64,000 nt of DNA from NCBI GenBank assembly GCA_034104845.1, contig JAXECZ010000062.1, forward strand, positions 1,303 to 65,302, written 5' to 3'. The position numbers and the translations under genes are program-made. How positions within the stretch are numbered: position 1 is the stretch's first letter; every line of letters begins with the position of its first letter. Under the pieces are notes generated by a model that worked only from the letters and a program-made list of their open reading frames with translations, searched no databases and was not told the DNA's origin. This DNA is from Faecousia sp. Lineage in GTDB: Bacteria > Bacillota > Clostridia > Oscillospirales > Oscillospiraceae. Shown piece by piece: positions 17,941-29,700 of the stretch.

Positions 17941-18201
17941 ACTGCCCCACTCTAAGCTACAATCACGACACCTCAGAAAAGCAAACTGCTCCCCGGAGAG
18001 CGGAGCGCTGCGACAAGTGACCACGCTGTGTGGTGTGCAGGAGCATCTCTCGGGGAGCATTAGGATTTGACCACATTTTTGACCATAGACAGCTCTGGAA
18101 CACGTGGAAACAGCGGACTGAAGAGTTCCGGAAAGCATGGTAACTTGAGCAGAAAGCACCAGAAACGAACAGAAAAGATTAGGAAAAAGTTCCATCAATT
18201 C

Positions 18202-18246
18202 TTTGGGACCAGGATGCCGCGAGTTCGAGTCTCGCCACTCGGACCA
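18202..18246 (+). other. 3' half of tRNA-Pro(UGG) with no 5' half: candidate att site / island boundary
   Basis: Anticodon loop TTTGGGA (UGG), anticodon-stem 3' strand CCAGG, variable loop ATGCC, T arm GCGAG-TTCGAGT-CTCGC, acceptor 3' strand CACTCGG, discriminator A, then CCA. No D arm, no matching anticodon-stem 5' strand (CCTGG) and no 5' acceptor (CCGAGTG) occur in the preceding ~500 nt. Confidence 0.6.
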
Positions 18247-18283
18247 AAACCGCCAGTTTTCTTTCTGAAAACTGGCGGTTTTG
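18247..18283 (+). terminator. Rho-independent terminator
   Basis: AAACCGCCAGTTTT-ctttctg-AAAACTGGCGGTTTT directly after the tRNA-like CCA end. Confidence 0.85.
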
Positions 18284-18375
18284 AAATATATTATGATACT
18301 CTCAAAAGTTTCCTTTGTAACGCATCAAACCGGGAAATCTGAGGAATAGGCAAATCTCCCGAAGTCTGTCTTTTT

Positions 18376-18936
18376 CTATTTCGTCAGGTACGCATAGAGG
18401 CCCTCGGCAAAGGCACGGTGTCCTTCTTCCGTGAAATGGACACCATCGAATGTAAGCTCCACATTCCACTGCCCGGCATTCGTGAAGAGAATACCCAGCT
18501 TTAGGGACAGGGTTCGGTACTCCCCTGCCAGTTTCACCGATTCTTCAATCAATTTTTCCTCTGTGACCCACTCGCCCCGCTTCATGGGCGGCGGGGCAAT
18601 CAGCAGAATCTCTCTGCATTTAGGCTGGAGGTACCGCAAAAAGGCTTCCATACGGGAACAGCTTGCCTCAGCAGAATAACCCCGGAGCAGATCGTTGGTT
18701 CCCAGCATAATTGCAAAGACATCCGGCGCACTCTGCGTCAGCAGCTCCCCGGCACGCTGATACTGAAACGGCCGGTCGGGAATCTCTCTGCCGTTCTGTC
18801 CCTCGTTCTGGATTTCCCATTTCAGCTTCTGGGCAAGAATATCCACCCAACGACATTCCGCAGGGTAGCGGTCACCGAAAAAGCCCCTCGGGTCATAGCC
18901 ATAGGTGTTGGAGTCCCCGTAGCACAGCATTTTCAT
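18376..18936 (-). CDS. SGNH/GDSL-family hydrolase (186 aa)
   Basis: MKMLCYGDSNTYGYDP (block I, GDS), ..MLGTNDL.. (block III) and ..DGVHFTEEGH (block V, DxxH). Confidence 0.8.
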   Translation of the reverse strand: MKMLCYGDSNTYGYDPRGFFGDRYPAECRWVDILAQKLKWEIQNEGQNGREIPDRPFQYQRAGELLTQSAPDVFAIMLGTNDLLRGYSAEASCSRMEAFLRYLQPKCREILLIAPPPMKRGEWVTEEKLIEESVKLAGEYRTLSLKLGILFTNAGQWNVELTFDGVHFTEEGHRAFAEGLYAYLTK

Positions 18937-19283
18937 ACTCTCAATACCTTCTCCATCGGCTTTCCCTTGGCAAGCTCGTCCACCAATTTATCCAGATACC
19001 GAATCTCCTGCATCAGCGGGTCTTCGACGGTCTCCACCTTTACACCGCAGACAGAGCCTTTGATCTGCTTTCTGGCGGGATTCCGTGCCGGGGCGTTGCG
19101 GAAGAAGTCGCCGTAGGTGATATCCGAAACCATCAGTTCTTCCAGCTGCTCATTTGTGTACCCCGTCAGCCATTTGGTCACGGTGAACACCTCGTCCCGG
19201 CTGCGCCCCTTTCGCTCTGCCTTGGCAATCAACATGGGGTACACCTTGGCAAAGGACATGGCAAATACTTTTTCGTTGGTCAT
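18933..19283 (-). CDS. DUF2200-family protein (116 aa)
   Basis: MTNEKVFAMSFAKVYPMLIAKAERKGRSRDEVFTVTKWLTGY matches my recollection of DUF2200. It has 4-nt overlaps with both neighbours. Confidence 0.65.
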   Translation of the reverse strand: MTNEKVFAMSFAKVYPMLIAKAERKGRSRDEVFTVTKWLTGYTNEQLEELMVSDITYGDFFRNAPARNPARKQIKGSVCGVKVETVEDPLMQEIRYLDKLVDELAKGKPMEKVLRV

Positions 19284-19633
19284 TTCATTCTCCCTTTTGT
19301 GCTGGAAAACGCTGCCGCTTCCTGAATCCAGCCCAGCAGTTCCCCGTCAATTTCATCGGGATTTCCCACCATCACATGATGGGTCCACCTGCCCGGATAA
19401 GGCTGCGTCGCCACATCGATTCTGGGGGATTCCTTGCGGTAGCCCAGCCCGAATGTGACCGTCATCCAGACCGCTGGGCGCTCCTTTGCCTTGCGGCAGG
19501 GATTGAAAGACACAAAGGCAAAGCCCCGTTTATTGGCAAAGGTGATTTGGGTTTTTGCAACCTTGATTTTCACATCGGGAATCCGGATCAGAATCGCTTC
19601 CTCCAGCCGCTGGTAAATCGGCAGAGCCTCCAT
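19280..19633 (-). CDS. Conserved hypothetical protein (117 aa; possibly DUF5655-like)
   Basis: Track ORF 19280..19669. The ATG at 19633 (MEALPIYQRLEEAI...) has a GGGGAG RBS. The family assignment is tentative. Confidence 0.45.
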   Translation of the reverse strand: MEALPIYQRLEEAILIRIPDVKIKVAKTQITFANKRGFAFVSFNPCRKAKERPAVWMTVTFGLGYRKESPRIDVATQPYPGRWTHHVMVGNPDEIDGELLGWIQEAAAFSSTKGRMK

Positions 19634-19901
19634 ATGCTCCCCGAAGAAAAAGAAAATATTGCTGTCCATTGCTCTCCCCTGGAATGCATTTCTTTGATTA
19701 TGGCATATTGCACCATCCGGAACGTTACGCGATATGCAATATGACTATAACATATTTCAGCCACAAATGAAAGACGCAACTTGCGGATTTTCACCGGAAT
19801 CATAGAAGATAACATACTTGGCGCTGACTTTGTAAAACCGAATTCCATATGGATGACATACCAATCAACCCCACCGGCAAATCCGGTGGGGTTGATGGAT
19901 A

Positions 19902-20690
19902 TTAGGATGTTTCGAGATAGCCAAAGCCGAATCGGTCATCGTATCCGGCGTCGCCCATATCCTGTGCCAATGCCTCGAGGTATTGGGAAACCCGTGAAGG
20001 CTCCACCCCGTTTTGGAGGGCAGCGGCAATCAGGCCGGAGATCCGGGCGGCGGCATAGGAGGAGCCTTTGTCATCACCGCAGTCGCCGCGGGCACAGAAA
20101 TCCACGGCTTCTCCGTAAAGATACCAGAGGCTGGTTTTCGGCTCTCCCAAATCATTCAGATCAACGCCCGCGATGCCAATCACCTCATCCCAGGCGGCGG
20201 GATAGGCGATGGTGCCGAGGCCGGTGCTCATGCTCAGGTTTCCGGCGCAGGCCACAAGGATCGCCCCTTGGTCATAAGCATGGAGTATGGCTTCCCGCAG
20301 CAGGTCGCTTTCCTCACTGAGCGTCCAGCTCATGTTGATGACATCGGCGTGATACGTGTCCACAGCCGCATACAGCGCTGCCACAATGGCCTCTTCGTTC
20401 AAACTGTCCTGTGCATCGAAGCACTTAAGCATCACCACATCCGCCTCCGGTGCGCCTTCGCGAATCAGGGAACAGATGTGAGTGCCATGGCCGATGGAAT
20501 CCGTCAAATCGTCAGAGACCCCCAGAAAGCTTTTTCCCTTGGAGTGATCGTCACTGCAGCCGGAATCCAGGATGCAGACCGTAACCGTCTTCTCAGCGCG
20601 GCAGGAGGTACACAAAAAGGCTGCGAAAAGGATCGGAATGGCCAAAAGAGCCGGAATTCTTCCGGAACGGGCGAAAAAGGCGCGTTTCAT
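19902..20690 (-). CDS. Minimal S8 (subtilisin-family) serine peptidase, probable lipoprotein (262 aa)
   Basis: Catalytic triad contexts VCILDSGC (Asp), IGHGTHICS (His) and GSSYAAARISG (Ser). The signal/lipobox-like segment is LLAIPILFAAFLCTSC. The start at 20690 is 23 nt after the giant ORF's stop. Confidence 0.85.
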   Translation of the reverse strand: MKRAFFARSGRIPALLAIPILFAAFLCTSCRAEKTVTVCILDSGCSDDHSKGKSFLGVSDDLTDSIGHGTHICSLIREGAPEADVVMLKCFDAQDSLNEEAIVAALYAAVDTYHADVINMSWTLSEESDLLREAILHAYDQGAILVACAGNLSMSTGLGTIAYPAAWDEVIGIAGVDLNDLGEPKTSLWYLYGEAVDFCARGDCGDDKGSSYAAARISGLIAAALQNGVEPSRVSQYLEALAQDMGDAGYDDRFGFGYLETS

Positions 20691-20713
20691 ATTGCTTCCG
20701 ATTCCCACATTCC

Positions 20714-23700
20714 TCAGGCCGCCTCTTTAGCAGGCTGCGTCCCGGGGGTAGATTCCTCCGGTGCCGGGGCCGACGCGAAGGTCGGCTCCGGGATGGATTC
20801 CGTAGTGGGTTCGGTAGGCTGCTTCTGTGTGGATTTCTCGGTAGGCTCTGTGGTCTCCTGGGTGGGCTCCGTGGTCTCCTGGGTAGGCTCCGTGGTCTCC
20901 TCGGTAGGCTCCGTGGTCTCCTGGGTAGGCTCGGTGGTCTCCTCGGTAGGCTCCGTGGTTTCCTCGGTGGGCTCCGTGGTCTCCTCGGTGGCTTCCTCGA
21001 AGGGGATCAGCTGGAACATCGCTTCGCCCCAGGTGACGCTGCCGTCTTCCAGAACCGCGCCCACATACAGGGTGTTGCTACCCTCGTAATCCTCCGCGAA
21101 GAGCATGGCGCTGGTTTCTGTGGTCTCGGCGTAGAACTCCAGATTTCCGAATTCGTCCATGGTGTACAGGTAGTATTTGGAGGCCGGTTCGCTGGTCTCC
21201 CACTGGAATTCCACCAGCTCCTGATCCTGCTCAAGGGGAATCACCCAGAAGTCGCCATACTGCTCCGCCTCCTGCTTCGGCCGGATGCTGACCACACTGC
21301 CGATTTCCCCGGGCTCCGGGATCTCCGCAGGCTCGGTGGCTTCGGTGGTGGGTTCAGTGGGCTCGGTGGTGGGTTCAGCGGCCATCAACATAGTGGGGGC
21401 AGCGGCTCTGGTGCTATAAACACCAAAGCTAGGATAGACTTCTCCATCAAGTGAACTCATTGTACCCAATATAATTTTGATGGTGACATCAGTACGATTC
21501 CAGATATAGTTATTCCCTGTCGTATCCGGCGGGAATGTCACCATATTACCAATTACATCTGTTCGGGTCCCATGGGGTACGGTTTTGAGCAGAAGGGGGG
21601 GATTTTGTGGGCCAATAATATTACCATATCTATTAGGCTGGAAGGTAGCCGGATCATACTGCGGGAACTCTGTTTGCAATACCACGTTTCCTTTTGAGTC
21701 ATAGACAGTAGCTCTATAAACACAAATATTCTCTGCCCCACCCGAGACTTTCATGGAGAAGAAATTCACATTTTCCCATGCATAATCAGGAGCCCAGTTC
21801 GCCGTCACCGTGTTTGCCTCACTTTGATAGAGCATATTGAACAGCAGATAGTGATCGCAAATGATCTTCACAGTCATGTATTCCTTGTATTCCAGCGGAA
21901 CCTCCACATTCGCTGTTGTGTAATTCTTGCTGTATCCCTCAGAGGGAGTAAACACAGCGGTGGCAGTTGTTTCGGAGTACTTCGGTTTCCGACTACCATC
22001 TTCCCAGCTCAGCGTTCCATCCACCGTAAGGCTGGTGTCATTGGGACAATAGGGTCTTGCGGAGCCGGAGAAAGCAGGGGTGAAATCATTCAGTGGGTTC
22101 ACCGGCTGCGCTAATCCTTCTCTAGCATCCTTGGGCATATAGATGGCTCCCTCCTTTACCTTGAACATACTACTGTCAGCGGTAGGAGTCACACGGCTAA
22201 TATCCACATGGAAGCTCTTGCTCAGTTCATTGTAGTTTTGGGAATAGGAAGCGTTTGTCGCTGTGAATTTGGCATTCACCTCGTAGCCCTCGCCATTGTC
22301 CCCTGAGACGCCTTTCTTGCTGGCGCCCAGGGTCTTGTCGACATAATTCTCGTCGTCCCATTCCCAGTAGCCGGTCACATTGCTGCCGGAGGCATCCTTG
22401 ATGGTCAAGCCGGAGATCATTTCCGTCGCTGTGGTCTGGTATTTCTTTTCACTAGACGTCTCATGACCCGCTTTCAGCTTTTGCCCATAGGCCAGCTCCT
22501 TGACAGAGGCAGTGCCGGTGACGGTCAGGTTCGCTTTCTGGATGGTAAAGGTCAGCGTCTTGGTGGCGTTTTCGTCGCCATCCGCCCACTTGCACTTGTT
22601 CGTGTCCTTCAGCGTCAGGGTAACTGTGTAATTCCCCGCATTCGTCTGCGCTCCATTGCCGGTCACCGTATAGTCGTCGGTTGCGGAAACGTTGGGCGCG
22701 TGGGACTTTCCATCGTAGACCACAGGATTAATTTTGGGAACCGCCACCTCTTTCTTTGCCACGGTTACAGTCACCGATTTTGCGGAGGGGACACTGTAGC
22801 AGTTCACATTCTCTGGCGTGAATTTCACATCGTAGGACTTTGTGCCAACGGTGTTCAGCGTGGTGTCGTTGGTGTCGAAGCTGAAATTACCGCTCACACT
22901 GTTCTCATACTTTGTGGAAGCCTTGAGGTTCAGCGTGATATCGGTCAGGCTGGTGCCAACGAGGGCGTTATAGGCAGTTTCGCCGGTAATGCTCACAGTA
23001 GCCCGGGTGATGGTGAAGGTATCGCCGGTGTAAGTGCTGTCGAGGGCGTAGAGGCTGTTGCCGCTGATGCCGGTGATATTCAACCCATTGAAGCTCTTCG
23101 GCGTGATGGTGGCAGTACCGGGGACAATGCTGGTCTGATCCAATACGACGCTGGTGCAGCTGACAGCCGCGCTTTCAAGCTTCTCACCGGTATCCTGATC
23201 CACCACATAGAAGCTGCACTCGTCAGGCTTCAGACCGCGTCCCATATACTCGACGGAATCCGGCGCGTCGATGCCAAGCTTCACACCGAACTGGGTATTC
23301 ACCACGATCATGGTTTCCGCGGTGCTGTAATAGCTGGCCCAGCCACGTTCGGCATCCGGCGTGAACAGAACCTTGTATTTGGCCGTACCATTGTCCGCCA
23401 CCTTGGGCACGATGGTTTCGTCCGCCCAGGTAAAGGAGCCCGCTACCAATTCATCTTCTGGGCCTCTTGCCTCGCAATCATCGGAGAGCTTTACATCCTT
23501 GAGACTGGTGCCGTACTTGATGTACTTGCCATCCACCGTGCAGACAGGTTCCGCAATGCTGATGTTCACGGCGGCTTTCGTCAAGCGGATGTTGACGGTC
23601 TTATTCTGGCTGGTGACATCGCCGTTGTCATCAGTGAAGGTAACGGTGACAGTGGTATTGTAGGTATAGCCTGTGCCATCCTCCTTCTTTTCACCGTTCT

Positions 23701-26700
23701 GCACAACCAGCACTGTGAGTTGATCACCCACATAGTCGGCGCAGGTGGCATTCCCAGACAGAATTTCCTGGATTTTGGGTGCAAACTCCGCCGGGCCCAC
23801 ATTGAGGTTGTTGTCGAAATCGGCCTTAAAGCTATAGGTGAGCGTATCGGAGATGGCATTCTTCGCCGCTTTCACGATGTCCGCAACGCTCGTTTTGATT
23901 TGCCAGTTGGCGGTGTAGCTGCGGTTGCCGATGGAGCCGGCGGGAATCGTGACATCCGTCGTAGGATTCTCCAGGCCATCCCCCGTCCAGCCGAGGAAAG
24001 TATAGCCCTTGCGGGTGGGATTGTTCAGCGTGATTTTCGCGCTTTCGATGTTGTAATCCTCGGGATTCTCCGTGGTCACCGTGCCGCCATTCAGCTCATA
24101 GCTGATGAAGTACTTAATGGGCACCCATCTGGCGGACAGGCTGACATTTCCGATGGAGCCGGCGGGGATCCAGTAGTCGAAAGCATCGTTGCACGCAACA
24201 GGGTCTTCATCGGAATAATCCCAGCCATCGAACGCATAGCCCTCACGGGTGGGTTGATAGATGTCGGTTTTTTCATCCACAATTGTGTAGGATTCGGGGT
24301 TGCGGGAATCGTTCACACCGCCGTTCAGAGTGTAGCTGATGGTGTAATCCACCAGCTTCCAGCCTGCATACAGCGTCAAGTCGCCTTCCACCTGGTAAGT
24401 TGCAAGGTCGATCCTGTCTTTTTCCTGACAAGCCGGTGTACGGTACCAGCCGGTGAATTCGTAGCCGTCCCAGGCAGGATCGCTGGGTGCTCTCTGCGCC
24501 AAGTCGCCCACATATTCGACAACTTCATCCCACTGGTCTTCCGTACCGTCATTCCACATGTAGTTCAGCTTGGCGAATTTCTTCCACTTTGCGTAGAAAG
24601 TCACACTCTCAGTGAGCTCATAGCCGTAAAGATTCACCTCTTCATCAGAGTAATCAGCCGTGAGATACCAGCCGAAGAATCCATAGTCTTCGGGTTGCGG
24701 AATGACCAGATTCAGCATGGTGTCCCCAACCCGCTGGGTGGAATAGGTGAAGCGCTCCTTTTCGGTACTGTCGCCGGGGAAGATCAAAGTGTAGTCACCA
24801 CCCAATCCGTCGCCGGGATCAACCACCTCGGGGGGTACCCATTCTCCGCCGGTTTCCTTGGGATAATAGGCCGCCACACCCTTCTGTCCGCCGAAGTCCA
24901 CGGTGACATTCACCCGCCAGTCGGCGTAGAGATCGATGTTCCCGGTGATCTTCTGGCTGAAGTCGAAGGGTTCCCCTGTAAAATCAGGATTGTCATACCA
25001 GCCTGCAAAGGTCAGGCCATCAATGGTGGGATCCGCAGGATTCGTAACGCTGCCATCCTCTGCCGACTCCACATTGCAATAGATGCCCATGTCATTGTAG
25101 TTGTACAGGCAGTTCAGCAGATAATTCTTTACGCCGCGCAGTTCGATATCCACATCATTCGCCGGCATGGTGAAAGTGAGAGTTTCGCCGTAGGAAGTGT
25201 AGCTCAGGCCCTCGGGATCGGAGCTGAGGCGCAGGTTGTTAAAGCCTTCCAGCAGATTGGCGGAGATGGTGATCTCCGTACCCGGAGCGATGGTGTTCAT
25301 ATCCAGATTCTCGGGTTTCAGCAGCTGCCAGCCGTCAAGGCCGTCCGTGTAGGTAACGGAGAGCTTTCTGGGGATATTGTCCAATGTGAGAATGACCTGG
25401 TCATCTGCCTCCCGACCGGTGACGGTCAGTCCGGTTTCAATGGCAGTGCTGCCGCTGCGCTTCAGCAGGATCGGGCACTCGCTGTTCTCTGCGAAAGCGG
25501 CACGATTTACCGTCACGCTCCACTCGTTCGTCTTCCCCTCCACCGGCGCAAAGCTCATGGCTTCCATGGCACCGCTGATGGTGAACTGGGAGTCGGCAGG
25601 GGCGTCCGGCGCCTGGAGGATATAGGTGACCTTGCCGGGAACACCATTGACGGTCACCTTTACATCCAGACTCACGCTTTCGTAGCAGTTCAGATCCTTC
25701 GGGGTAAAGGTCACCTTGTAGGAGAATACGCCCACTTCACCCAGGCGAGTGTTGGGGTTCTCCCATGCAAAATTGCCTTCCACAGAGTCTTCCGCAACGG
25801 TTGCCGCATACAGTTCCAGGGAAATGTCCTTCAGCTGCTTGCCGTAATCGGTGCTGTAGCCCGTAGTGCCGCTGATGATCGGCTTTGCCCGGTTGATGGT
25901 CACTTCCGCGCTGACATCCCTGCCGACGATGGCATAGAGATTGGTGTCGGAAACGCCAAGAAGCTGGCAGGAGTCGAAGCTCTTCAACGTGACGGTAGCT
26001 TTGCCGGGGGTGAACTGGGACTGTTCCAGCACAGCGCCCGCCAAATCGAGGCTCACGCCCTCGAGCTTCTCGCCGGTATCCTTATTCACTGCATAGAAAC
26101 CGACATCGGATAGTCCCAGATTGCCTCCCGTGTACGCGATGGTTGTGGGCGCATCCATTGCAATCTGCACACCGATCTGGGTATTCACAACCATCAGCAT
26201 TTCCGCGGTGCAGTAGTTGGCGGTATCCGTGGGGGTGAACCGGAGCTTGTAGAGAAGCTTGCCGTTGTCCGCCGCCACGGGAACGATGGTGCCGTCCGCC
26301 CACTGGAATTGCCCGGCCACATTTCTGCCCCCGGAAACAGCCGCATTGTTGGTCAGCTCCACATCCTGGAGCACTGTACCATAGGCAACATACTTGCCGC
26401 CAATGGAATAGACAACCTCCGCGGAGATGGTTACGGGATTCTTCTCCACCCGCAGCGCCACATTCTTGTTTCTGGTGATGGGATTGCCGCTGTCATCGGT
26501 GAAAGAAACGGTGACCTTGGCGGTGTAGGAATAGCCAGTGCCATCCTCTTTCGCCTCTCCCACCTGGGCGACTGTGACAGAGAGCTGGTCGAGATAGTCA
26601 GCGCAAATCGGATCCTTGGAGATATCCTCCACGGCAAGGGTCTTTACATCCTGAATGCTCTCGAAGTCGTTCACGCTCATGGTGTACGGGTCCTGAATGG

Positions 26701-29700
26701 CATCCAGTGCCGCCTGAACAATGTCCTCAGTAGCGACGTTGGAGCTCCAGTTGGCGGTGTAGCTGCGGTTGCCGGTGGAGCCTGTGGGGATCACCACATT
26801 CCGGGTGGCTTCCGTCAGATCGGTTCCGGTCCAGCCCAGGAACGTATAGCCACTGCGGCTGGGGTTGATCAGCGTGATCTCCGCGTCTTCGACGGTGTAG
26901 GAGTCGGGATTCTCCCCGTCTACATTACCGCCGCCCAGGGTATAGCTGATGGTGTAGGTGTTGACCTCCCAGGCCGCGGTCAGAGTCACGCTGCCTGTGG
27001 AGCCTGCGGGGATACGGTCAACACTGCCGGAGAGCCCCTCCCCTGCTGCCGTCCAGCCAAGGAAGGTATAGCCCTTGCGGGTGGGGTCAAGGAGGACAAT
27101 CTCGCCGCTTTCAATATTGTAGGAAACCGGGTTGGCAGGATCGTTTTCACCGCCGCCCAATTTATAGGTAATGGTATACTCCACGGGCTTCCAGCCGGCG
27201 TACAGCGTCATGCTGCCTTCGGGAAGATAGGAATCAAGGTCAATGAGATTGGCCGGGTTGGCATCCTGGGTACGGAACCAGCCGAGGAATTGGTAATTCT
27301 TGCGCTGGGGCTCCACCGGAATATGGGATAGCGGCATGCCCACGTACTCCATCGCCATGTCGTAGGGCTCTTCCTGCTGGCCATAGTTCAGCTCATAGGT
27401 CAAAACGGCAATCTGCTTCCAGCGGGCGTAGAATGTCACGCCGCCGGTGAGCTTATACTCCGCCGGGTCCACCGGATCGCCGGAGAAGTCGGAGGTGAGA
27501 TACCAGCCCATGAAATCATAGCCATTGTATTCCGGCAGCCTGTATTCCAGAGCGGTATCGCCCAGCTTATGGGTGGTATAGGTAAAGCGCCGGTATTCCT
27601 TGTCGTCGCCGGAGAAGATGGGCTTGGAAACACCGTTCTCCACGTACCGTGCCTGCCCCATCGCGCCGCCAAAGTCCACGGTGACATTCACACGCCAGTC
27701 AGCATACAGCGTGACATTGCCGGTCACCTGCTGACTAAAATCGTAGGCTTCTCCCTTGCATTCGGCATTGTCGTACCAACCGGCAAAGGTCAGGCCCTTG
27801 ACATAGGGATTGGCAGGCTTCTGAATGGTGTCGCCCTGCACCACATCAAAGCTTTGGTAAGTGCCCAGCTTATCATAGTTATACAGGAAGTTCGCCTGGT
27901 AGCTGCGTACACCCCGGAGGGTGACCTTCACATCATAGGACGGCATGGTGAACGTGACCGTGCTGCCGTCAATGGTATACTGCAGCCCCTCGGGCTCGGA
28001 GGTCAGCCGAAGGCTCTTATAGCCATCCTTTAGAACAGCAGAGAGCGTGACGGTGGAACCGGGAGTGATTGCGGACAGCTGGGAGGCATCGGGGCTCACG
28101 CAGCTCCAGGATTTGATGCCCTCTCCGGTTGCCACGGTGAGCACCTTTGAAAGATTGCCCAGGCTCAGGATCACAACGGATTCCGCTTCCCGTCCGGTGA
28201 CCATCAAGCCGCTGGCAACCGCCATGCCGCCGTTCAGGCTCATCATGATGGCCCGCTCGCTGCCATTGAAGAGAGAGCGCTTGGTGGTCAGCATCCAGCG
28301 GTACTTCGTGGTGTCGCCGGCGGAATTCTGCTCTGCGGTCTGGGTACCGGGTGCGGCGGTGTCGGTGATCCCCATATTGCCTGTGGTCATCCCGGGCTTG
28401 TTGGAGGCAGTGCTGCCCATGGAGGCTGCGGCTGTAGGCGTGGGAAGATCGATACCTCCCATCATCGGTGTGAATGTCAGGGTTTCTCCCTGGTCGCTTC
28501 CCCGGAGGGTGAACACGGCATCGTTCAGCTCCTGCTCCGACTCAATGATGTAGGTGATCTCACCGCTGTAGCCGGGATAACGGCTGGCGAACAGGTTATA
28601 GGTCAGGTTATACTCGTTGGTGGTTGAGAACACGTCATAACGAATGGTATTGCTTTCCGGCGTCATGTAGCACATACTGCTGATGCGCGGGGTGCTGTAC
28701 TGCACAGTACGATTGACCTGGTTGAGCGTGGGACTAAACCAGGAAAGCGCCGCGCCGTCGATTTCGGGATACTGCTCCCTCACCGCATCCATGACGGCAT
28801 TCAAATCAATGGTGCCGGTAGCGGTGGGCTTCACGGGACAGCCGAGAACATGGGTACTCTCAAATTTGCCCGCATACACCACATCGTTGTCCCATTCGGC
28901 TCCCTCGATGCCCCAGGCGTGGGCGCACCAGTCGTACAGCCGGATATCCACATTGACGGTGGTGGTGGCCATTTTGAACTCCCGGGCGAAGTGGAAGACC
29001 TGCCGGTGGTTTTTGATGAGCTCCGACTTGTTCGAATTATGATAGGTAAGCACCACGTCACATTCGTAGTCCGTCACCTTGTAGGCGGCGGCTGCCATTT
29101 CATCCGCGTATACCACACCGCATCTGCCATTTACGCCGTCACCGACATACATGACGCTTGTGCGGGGGTCGTCGGAGGAAACAGGCTCCCCGTTGAGGAC
29201 GATGTTCTCCAGGGTCAGCTCTGCTGTGATCTTTCCATCCTTCAGGTTTTCAAACAGCAGCTGGTTTTCGGTGCAGACAGCGGTGAGCATGTCGTAGGAC
29301 TTCATCGGGAGATACGGGAATGGGAATGTGGTATTCGCATTCGCGTCCTCCATATTCTGTTCCCATATTTCATTGAGCTCATCGCTCTGCACCACACTCA
29401 TGGTCATGCCGATGGATTTTTTATACAGCGGCCAGCGTGCGCTCCACAGCGTCCAGTTGAATTCCTTGGAGATGAAGAGTACCTCCACCTCCAGCGCCAG
29501 CTCGATTTCCGCATCGATGCCGACCTCCAGGTACAGTGCGCCTGCATAGTTGCCTCCGCCCGCCGACAAGGCATATACATACATGAACATGCCCGCCAGA
29601 TCCACATAGGCATAGACCGCGCCGGTGATGGAAACCGTCACGTTCTGAAGAAGCTTGACGGAAAGGGTGATCGCAATGCCCACGCGTATACCGATCTTGC

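Noticed and set aside
17791-18198. A 135-aa minus-strand ORF in the island-end region
   Set aside because: Its composition is Cys/Ser-rich and implausible, it has no RBS, and it overlaps the frame-broken fragment. It is probably non-coding or decayed sequence.
17950-18246. A tmRNA (ssrA) ending at the tRNA-like CCA end with the strong terminator
   Set aside because: The 3' acceptor strand CACTCGG would need a 5' end CCGAGTG, which is not the GGGG... start with a G:U pair. No such 5' end and no ...LAA tag reading frame is present upstream. The segment also contains a Pro-type anticodon loop, so it matches a tRNA-Pro 3' half instead.
17700-18246. An intron-split (group I) tRNA-Pro with its 5' half a few hundred nt upstream
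   Set aside because: No CCGAGTG acceptor strand, D arm or CCTGG anticodon-stem strand is found anywhere in 17680-18200.
20837-20992. A regularly spaced 21-bp repeat that could look like a CRISPR or minisatellite array
   Set aside because: The units are contiguous with no spacers, in frame, and encode the ETTEPT(E/Q) tail of the giant protein. I saw no CRISPR array anywhere in the window.
22463-26113. A 1,216-aa plus-strand ORF, with similar long ORFs at 26309..27331, 28850..30904 and 31013..32026, lying antisense to the giant gene
   Set aside because: They lie entirely inside, and antisense to, a gene with clear domain repeats. Their translations are low-complexity (G/A/V/R-rich) with no motifs. 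These are typical shadow ORFs of GC-rich coding DNA.
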